Assembly (NCBI GenBank): GCA_021806165.1
Contig: JAJZXY010000004.1
Location: forward strand, 65,595 to 129,594
Length of the DNA stretch: 64,000 nt
From: Thermoplasmata archaeon
Lineage (GTDB): Archaea > Thermoplasmatota > Thermoplasmata > Sysuiplasmatales > Sysuiplasmataceae
Direction of reading: 5' to 3'
The notes under the pieces are model-generated. The model had not been told where the DNA came from. It made no database searches and saw only the letters and a list, made by a program, of their open reading frames with translations. Numbering within the stretch: the first letter of the stretch is position 1; each line of letters begins with the position of its first letter. This document shows, in pieces, positions 59,042-64,000 of this stretch. The position numbers and the translations under genes are program-made.

Positions 59042-59610
59042 TACTTTGCACCAAGCTTGCCTGCAATCTCGAGCATCAGTTTTTCCCTGAGTTCCCTTTT
59101 CAGCGTTCCGATGGTGAGATCAAGTTCCAGGCTGCCATCAGAAGACTCTGCAACAATGCCACCGCTGGGGTCTACATCTGCGACTGCAACCTTCTTCCCC
59201 CTCGACTCCTTGATGAACCCGGCACCCTTCTCGCCCACCTTGACCACACAATCCTTGCCAAGGACACGCCTGGCGGTCGCAACCATGGCTGTGACTATGT
59301 CCTTGTATCCGTCCGAAGAGGAAAGTGCATCCATTATATCGTACGCCTTCGAAAGACTGCCTTCCACCAGCTCTGACTTCCTCTCCCTGACTATCCTCCG
59401 CGCCTCAATGTCGGCGTTGGAAAGCTCCCTGTTTTCCAGCGATTTGCAGTCTTCAGCTGTCTTCCTGCCGAACTCGTTCCTCAGCGCCTCGAGCCTTGCT
59501 TCAGTCTCCTTTGACAGAGAATCTGTCTTCTGCTGGAACTCCCTGGAGATGCGCTCCAGTTCACCGTTTCTGCGTTCCTCAATGGACTGAAGGATATTTT
59601 CCAGAGCCAT
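59041..59610 (-). CDS. atpE: A-type ATP synthase subunit E
   Basis: 189 aa: N-terminal coiled coil plus C-terminal globular domain. Confidence 0.8.
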   Translation of the reverse strand: MALENILQSIEERRNGELERISREFQQKTDSLSKETEARLEALRNEFGRKTAEDCKSLENRELSNADIEARRIVRERKSELVEGSLSKAYDIMDALSSSDGYKDIVTAMVATARRVLGKDCVVKVGEKGAGFIKESRGKKVAVADVDPSGGIVAESSDGSLELDLTIGTLKRELREKLMLEIAGKLGAK

Positions 59611-59619
59611 TGCAATCCA

Positions 59620-59850
59620 TCACAGGATGTGAAGCAGCAGGATCAATCCAAGGACAAAACCCAGAATCCACAAAGTCTCCGGAATGACGAAGAAGAAGAG
59701 CACCTGACCGAACTTCTCAGGCTTCTCGGCTATGATGCCCATTCCTGCAGCGCCGATTCCCTGCTGTGCCATACCAGTGCCTATCAGACCGCCTGCTATC
59801 GATATAGCTGCAGCTATCGCATACAGGGGTGCAGTGTAATCAACTGCCAT
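59620..59850 (-). CDS. atpK: A-type ATP synthase proteolipid subunit K (c-subunit, single hairpin)
   Basis: 76 aa with Gly-rich TM1 'IAGGLIGTGMAQQGIGAAGMGII' and the conserved carboxylate in 'FVIPETLWILG'. Confidence 0.85.
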   Translation of the reverse strand: MAVDYTAPLYAIAAAISIAGGLIGTGMAQQGIGAAGMGIIAEKPEKFGQVLFFFVIPETLWILGFVLGLILLLHIL

Positions 59851-59975
59851 TTGACAATCACCGCCTCACTATTTGCGGGTCTTATAAAAAACTTCCCGCC
59901 GGTTGAACTCGAACAATCCCTTCCCTCACTGGCGGGTGATGGGCAGGCTGGAGGGGGCTGGAAGCAGGCACCATG

Positions 59976-61460
59976 TCAGAGGACTCTGGTGGCAGAATGC
60001 TTCTGCCTGTTGTAGAACTCGCTGAAGTTGACCACGCTCAAATTGAGCGTTGAAAGATCGAATACGGGCATCTTGGCGGGAATGGGTGATATGTTCCTCA
60101 TCTTCTGGTAGGAAGTCTGAGACTGCCAGGTGGACCCGCTTATCAGTCTGACCCCCCTGTAATCGTCAAGCCCATACGAATGAACATGGCCTGTGATGAA
60201 GACGTCCGGTATCTCGTCAATGACCATGTAGTCCTTCTTCTCAGGTGCAAGGGGCGTCCTCTCGCCATAGACAGGCGCAAGATGCCTTCTCTTAAGCATC
60301 TCTTTCATTGCCTCAACTGGTCTCTCCCATGAGAGGCTGGGAATGCTGCTTATGATGTCATCGAAACTACGCCCGTGATAGGCAAGCACCTTTCTCCCCT
60401 CCAGCTCTACCGTCGCGGGGTTGCCCACGAATGTGACCCTGGAATCGAACATCTTCTGCAGCTCCTGCTGGAAGGTGGGTTGCGGCTCAGCCGGCCTGAC
60501 CGCATCATGGTTGCCAGGCATCACTATAACCCTCATCCAGTCCGGAAGCTGGGAAATGTATGATGCAACACGCTCATACTGTGCATAGACATCGTCTATC
60601 TCCAAATCCTCCTCCTGGTCCGGATAGACCCCGATTCCATCCGCTAGGTCGCCTGAAATCAGAATGTAGTTGATATCCCTCGCATCCGGCGAGCTCTTGA
60701 GCCACTCAATCATGAGGTCCCACTCCTCCCTCAGGAATGTCTTGCTCCCCACGTGGGTGTCGGAAAGGACTGCCACCCTCGAAGTGGAATCTGTCTTCTC
60801 CACCGGTCTGTTGTACGGGATATCGGGTCTTATCAGGGCGTCGGCGACAAGCATGCTCTTGTCCCTGTTCATCCTCCCCCTTACGCCTATTACCTCATCC
60901 TTCAGCACCGAGTCCTCTCCCTTCTCCGACATCACAAGGACCCTGCATCGATCCTCCTCGTCCTCTATCTCGAGTATCCTGTGGCCGTTCTTTGTGGTGT
61001 GGATGCTGTTGACTATGCCGATGACCTGGACCGTCCTGGTAAGCGCGACTGCGCGGGAAATGGGCATTGCCCCGGCCATGTCGCCTCTTCTGAGAAGGAT
61101 TCGCTTCAATGAGTGAAACCTGTCCGTGAAGTACTTTGCAAAGTCCTTCACATTCCCCCTGGATGTGCTGTTCCCCGTGACATCCTTTACAACCCTGGGC
61201 GGCGGCGGCGTCGAGGAAATGTGTCCAACTGTCCGGACTGGCTCAGCCTCCGCGCTCCCTACGTTCTCAGTCTGCCTCAACTCCCAGGCAAGCATATCCG
61301 GGGTTATCACAAGCGGCGGCTCATTGAATGAATGGAGCAGCTGCTCCAGCCTGAGCAGCGGATCTTCCCTGTCCTCCAGCTTCCTGCAGGCATCCGGGTC
61401 AATCAGAACTCCCCTGGAAGCCGCGAGCTTAAGTATCTCTTCGTGGACGGAAGATCCCAT
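59976..61460 (-). CDS. polB: DNA polymerase II (PolD) small subunit DP1
   Basis: Calcineurin-like phosphoesterase motifs 'VAVLSDTHVGS', 'ISGDLADG', 'MPGNHDA', 'FITGHVHS', plus an N-terminal OB domain. 494 aa. Confidence 0.85.
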   Translation of the reverse strand: MGSSVHEEILKLAASRGVLIDPDACRKLEDREDPLLRLEQLLHSFNEPPLVITPDMLAWELRQTENVGSAEAEPVRTVGHISSTPPPPRVVKDVTGNSTSRGNVKDFAKYFTDRFHSLKRILLRRGDMAGAMPISRAVALTRTVQVIGIVNSIHTTKNGHRILEIEDEEDRCRVLVMSEKGEDSVLKDEVIGVRGRMNRDKSMLVADALIRPDIPYNRPVEKTDSTSRVAVLSDTHVGSKTFLREEWDLMIEWLKSSPDARDINYILISGDLADGIGVYPDQEEDLEIDDVYAQYERVASYISQLPDWMRVIVMPGNHDAVRPAEPQPTFQQELQKMFDSRVTFVGNPATVELEGRKVLAYHGRSFDDIISSIPSLSWERPVEAMKEMLKRRHLAPVYGERTPLAPEKKDYMVIDEIPDVFITGHVHSYGLDDYRGVRLISGSTWQSQTSYQKMRNISPIPAKMPVFDLSTLNLSVVNFSEFYNRQKHSATRVL

Positions 61461-61538
61461 ACTTCGTTCTTAAGGTCAAAGTCGCTATTAAAGGTAGCTG
61501 ACCCGCGGCCGGGACGGTTGCCCGCAACCCCTATGACA

Positions 61539-62045
61539 TCATATCACCGCAGTGCCCTTTTCAACCGGCAGATTCTCCTCAACCCACTCCGCATACCCGT
61601 CTCTCAGGTTCAGAAGCTCCTTCCCCCTGACCCTCCGTATCGCCATCCTTGATCTCCTCCCACGGCCTGACACGAATACGGTCTTTTCCGTCACCGCCTG
61701 ACCCTTCGATACTCTTGAGAGGGGCATGTTCTGTGAGCCCGGGAGGTGTCCCCGCTCAAATTCGCCCGCACCCCTGACATCCAGTATAACCACCCTCTCC
61801 CCCTTTTCCATCAATGCATACAGATCCGTAGGAGCGATATCAACAAATGTGCTCTTATCGGCATATGGCCAGCCATAGTATCTGTAGGTGAAAACCGAAA
61901 CAGCCACACCTCCAATGGACAGTGCCGCGAGCATAAGCGTGGCGGCGGTAAAACCGAAGGTCAGGTACAGTGCCGCGACGAATATGAGCCATATCGCCAG
62001 CATAGTGACTATGAACGGGAAAGTCCTCATGGTTAATTCCGCCAA
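61539..62045 (-). CDS. Membrane-anchored rhodanese-homology-domain protein, likely catalytically inactive (Ser in place of the active Cys)
   Basis: 2 N-terminal TM helices followed by the rhodanese fold 'VVILDVRGAGEFERGHLPGSQNMP'. The active-site loop reads 'VFVSGRGRRS' instead of the usual C(R/K)xGxR. Confidence 0.55.
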   Translation of the reverse strand: MAELTMRTFPFIVTMLAIWLIFVAALYLTFGFTAATLMLAALSIGGVAVSVFTYRYYGWPYADKSTFVDIAPTDLYALMEKGERVVILDVRGAGEFERGHLPGSQNMPLSRVSKGQAVTEKTVFVSGRGRRSRMAIRRVRGKELLNLRDGYAEWVEENLPVEKGTAVI

Positions 62046-62216
62046 TGCTGATTCGTTATCGTGACTTATTTATTCGTTACCTGCATATAGCCAGATTGCC
62101 GGCAGCCTCGGAGCCTCTCACGCAGGCAATTCGCCAATCGTAGGTGCCATTGACCAAGCCATATATAGTTGGACTAGGCATAATAACCAGTTTATTCATA
62201 TACGGAAGAGGGCCGA

Positions 62217-62660
62217 ATGAGCGAGGAAAGCGAAGAAATCGGGCAGGATGGACAGGTGCGGTTCTTCAGCATCGATGAGGCAAATGACCTCATCCCCGCC
62301 CTCGAGGAAAAACTCAGGGCATGCGATCAGATTTTAATCGAGATACGCTCGGTATCGGAGCTGACGGAGGACATGGAATGGTACTGGGGGGAGTCAATCA
62401 ATGACGATTCAAACCCGGATCGTGTGGAATACCTCAAGCTAGAAGAGGAGAAGGGCGTCAGGATTGATAGGTGGAACAACGCAATCAGGGATATTGAAGA
62501 CACAGGTGTAATGATAAAGAACCCCGACCTCGGCCTTGTGGATTTCTACAGTATAAGAGATGGCCAGGTTGTATTCCTGTGCTGGCAGCGTGGAGAGCCT
62601 GAAGTCCGCTACTGGCATACTCTGGACGGTGGATACGGAGGGAGACGGCCGCTTGAATAG
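62217..62660 (+). CDS. Hypothetical protein (DUF2203-like)
   Basis: 147-aa soluble acidic protein. 'GLVDFYSIRDGQVVFLCWQRGEPEVRYWHTLDGGYGGRRPL' resembles the DUF2203 pattern. The assignment is from memory of that family. Confidence 0.4.
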   Translation: MSEESEEIGQDGQVRFFSIDEANDLIPALEEKLRACDQILIEIRSVSELTEDMEWYWGESINDDSNPDRVEYLKLEEEKGVRIDRWNNAIRDIEDTGVMIKNPDLGLVDFYSIRDGQVVFLCWQRGEPEVRYWHTLDGGYGGRRPLE

Positions 62661-62784
62661 GCGCGCGGGCTGTCCGGGCAGCCAGCCGCGCAGTAGCCCC
62701 TTCTCTACAGCCTGTCACATTTAAAGCATCTGTATCACATTTAAGGTACCAAGGCTAATAGCCAAAACTTCCTCTCAGCAACAA

Positions 62785-63396
62785 GTGGTTCAGGTGGCAT
62801 CGTTCATAGATTTTCTCACAGGCGTAATGACGCTGCTTATTGTTGTCGACGTTGTGATTTGTGAGCTTATCTTCTACACCCTGGGCAAAAACTTCTCCAA
62901 ACTGGAGGGTGACGAATCCACCCTGAGCCGCATCAAGTCGTTCGGCCTGATGTTCCTTGGCCTCTCCGTACCTCTTCTAGTGTTCGGCCTGGTGCTTGAC
63001 GCACACTGGCCGCTTCCGAGCAGCTATAATTTCATATTCGGCGACATGGTGGTTTACATCGGGACCATGCTCCTCGTGGCCGGCATGGTGATGGTCTGGA
63101 AGCCGGAGGATGTACGCTTGTTATATCCAGTCATCGCCGTCTTCAGCCTGTTTGTATTTGTGTATGGTGCTGATATACTGTACTACAGCATGGGGCAGAA
63201 CCCTCTGGCCGCCAGCGGGATGGTTGTGGCTGAGGGGGCGGGCGGACTGGCAACTGCTTTCTACCTCCTCAGCTCGAAGAGGTTCGTCGGTTATGCCGCC
63301 TTGGCTTTCCTAGCAATTGCCATAGTGATTATCGCTGTGACAAACGTTGAGTCGATATTCGCCCACACAGTATCGTTCAAGTCATACTTCCCCTGA
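62785..63396 (+). CDS. Hypothetical integral membrane protein (5-6 TM)
   Basis: 203 aa, hydrophobic throughout. Confidence 0.4.
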   Translation: MVQVASFIDFLTGVMTLLIVVDVVICELIFYTLGKNFSKLEGDESTLSRIKSFGLMFLGLSVPLLVFGLVLDAHWPLPSSYNFIFGDMVVYIGTMLLVAGMVMVWKPEDVRLLYPVIAVFSLFVFVYGADILYYSMGQNPLAASGMVVAEGAGGLATAFYLLSSKRFVGYAALAFLAIAIVIIAVTNVESIFAHTVSFKSYFP

Positions 63397-63486
63397 GGTC
63401 TCCAAGGACCTTTCACTGTTCATCCGGCGCCCGTGTCCGGGCGTCCTGTTCGTGGGCCAAACCCCTTTCGGTTTGAGAAGGTAGTC

Positions 63487-64000
63487 ATGATGGATTCTGG
63501 TCGGGGAAAGACACTGGGTTCTGATGTCAGGATGTGGTACAAGGCACTGAAGGTCATACCCCATCTGGACCGCAGCGAGTGGGACGTGCTAGACCCCGTG
63601 TCAAAATGGCTCGTTGCAGCCCGGGGTGCAGTTCTTGTAATGACATTCTTTTCAGCTCTAATAGGGGGCCTCCTTGCATTCTCAGTGGGCTCGGCGAATC
63701 CACTGCTTCTGGTGCTTGCAATGGTCGGCCTGGTGCTTGCCCATGGTGCATCTAACCTGCTCAATGACTACTGGGATACAAGGCTTGGCGTCGATGAGGG
63801 CAATTATTTCAGGGCTCAGTACGGTCCACATCCGCTTGTAGGGGGCCTGATGACCAGCAGGCAGCTCATCATGTGGGTGCTTGCCACCCTTGCAGCTGCA
63901 CTACTTGCCGGCCTCTACCTCACAATCGTGAGAGGTCCTTCGGTTCTGCTCTTCATGGCGGCAGGGCTGCTGCTCATGATGTCATATTCCGGAAAACCCT
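63487..64000 (+). CDS. UbiA-family prenyltransferase (MenA-like 1,4-dihydroxy-2-naphthoate prenyltransferase), 3'-partial at the window edge
   Basis: 'AHGASNLLNDYWDTRLGVDEG' matches the UbiA/MenA Asp-rich motif NDxxDxxxGxD, with multiple TM helices. The ORF runs off the end of the window. Confidence 0.6.
   Translation, partial: MMDSGRGKTLGSDVRMWYKALKVIPHLDRSEWDVLDPVSKWLVAARGAVLVMTFFSALIGGLLAFSVGSANPLLLVLAMVGLVLAHGASNLLNDYWDTRLGVDEGNYFRAQYGPHPLVGGLMTSRQLIMWVLATLAAALLAGLYLTIVRGPSVLLFMAAGLLLMMSYSGKP

Noticed and set aside
1-64000. Looked for CRISPR arrays, rRNA/tRNA genes, and transposases or integrases
   Set aside because: No regularly spaced direct repeats, no rRNA-like conserved stretches, no cloverleaf candidates in intergenic regions, and no transposase- or integrase-like ORFs. 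The window appears to be core chromosome.

Overview
This 64-kb window looks like chromosomal DNA from an archaeon, probably a Thermoplasmata-type euryarchaeon. The GC content is roughly 55-58 %. The window is almost entirely coding on both strands, and genes often overlap by 1-14 nt. Several genes sit directly downstream of TATA-like motifs, suggesting leaderless transcripts. I found no rRNA, tRNA or CRISPR array by eye, and no obvious transposase or integrase.

Main content, from left to right:
- A tungstate/molybdate ABC transporter (wtpA-wtpB-wtpC) lies divergent to a Tfx-type regulator.
- An Lrp regulator, a sodium:solute symporter with its small DUF3311-like partner, a tRNA-binding protein, an IscA-type carrier, ValRS, a high-affinity iron permease (FTR1-like), ThyX, MFS transporters and several SAM-dependent methyltransferases follow.
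- A large minus-strand Fe-S and sulfur-mobilisation operon reads sufC-sufU-cysM-[CysO::MoeZ fusion]-sufB-sufD-Rieske-sufS-JAMM protease, with a divergent Cys-rich HTH regulator upstream of sufC.
- A 7-deazaguanine (preQ0) biosynthesis cluster queD-queC-queE, diphthamide synthase Dph2, and a GntR-family regulator plus membrane protein pair come next.
- A glycosyltransferase and methyltransferase, primase PriS, the LX-prefoldin alpha-FtsY block, an M20 peptidase, dCMP deaminase and signal peptidase I follow.
- Orc1/Cdc6 sits next to a 340-nt non-coding region carrying origin recognition box (ORB) like inverted repeats, a candidate oriC.
- TiaS, a thiolase plus 3-hydroxybutyryl-CoA dehydrogenase pair, and a three-gene pyruvate/2-oxoacid:ferredoxin oxidoreductase set (fused gamma-delta, alpha, beta) follow.
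- The right end holds a complete A-type ATP synthase operon (K-E-C-F-A-B-D-H-I), the PolD small subunit, a degenerate rhodanese and a partial MenA/UbiA prenyltransferase.

The most interesting signal is a CysO-like ubiquitin-fold sulfur carrier ending in Gly-Gly that is fused in frame to the N-terminus of its own E1-rhodanese activator (MoeZ-like). The fusion gene is preceded by CysM, is embedded inside the suf operon, and is followed downstream in the same operon by a JAMM/Mec+ protease gene.
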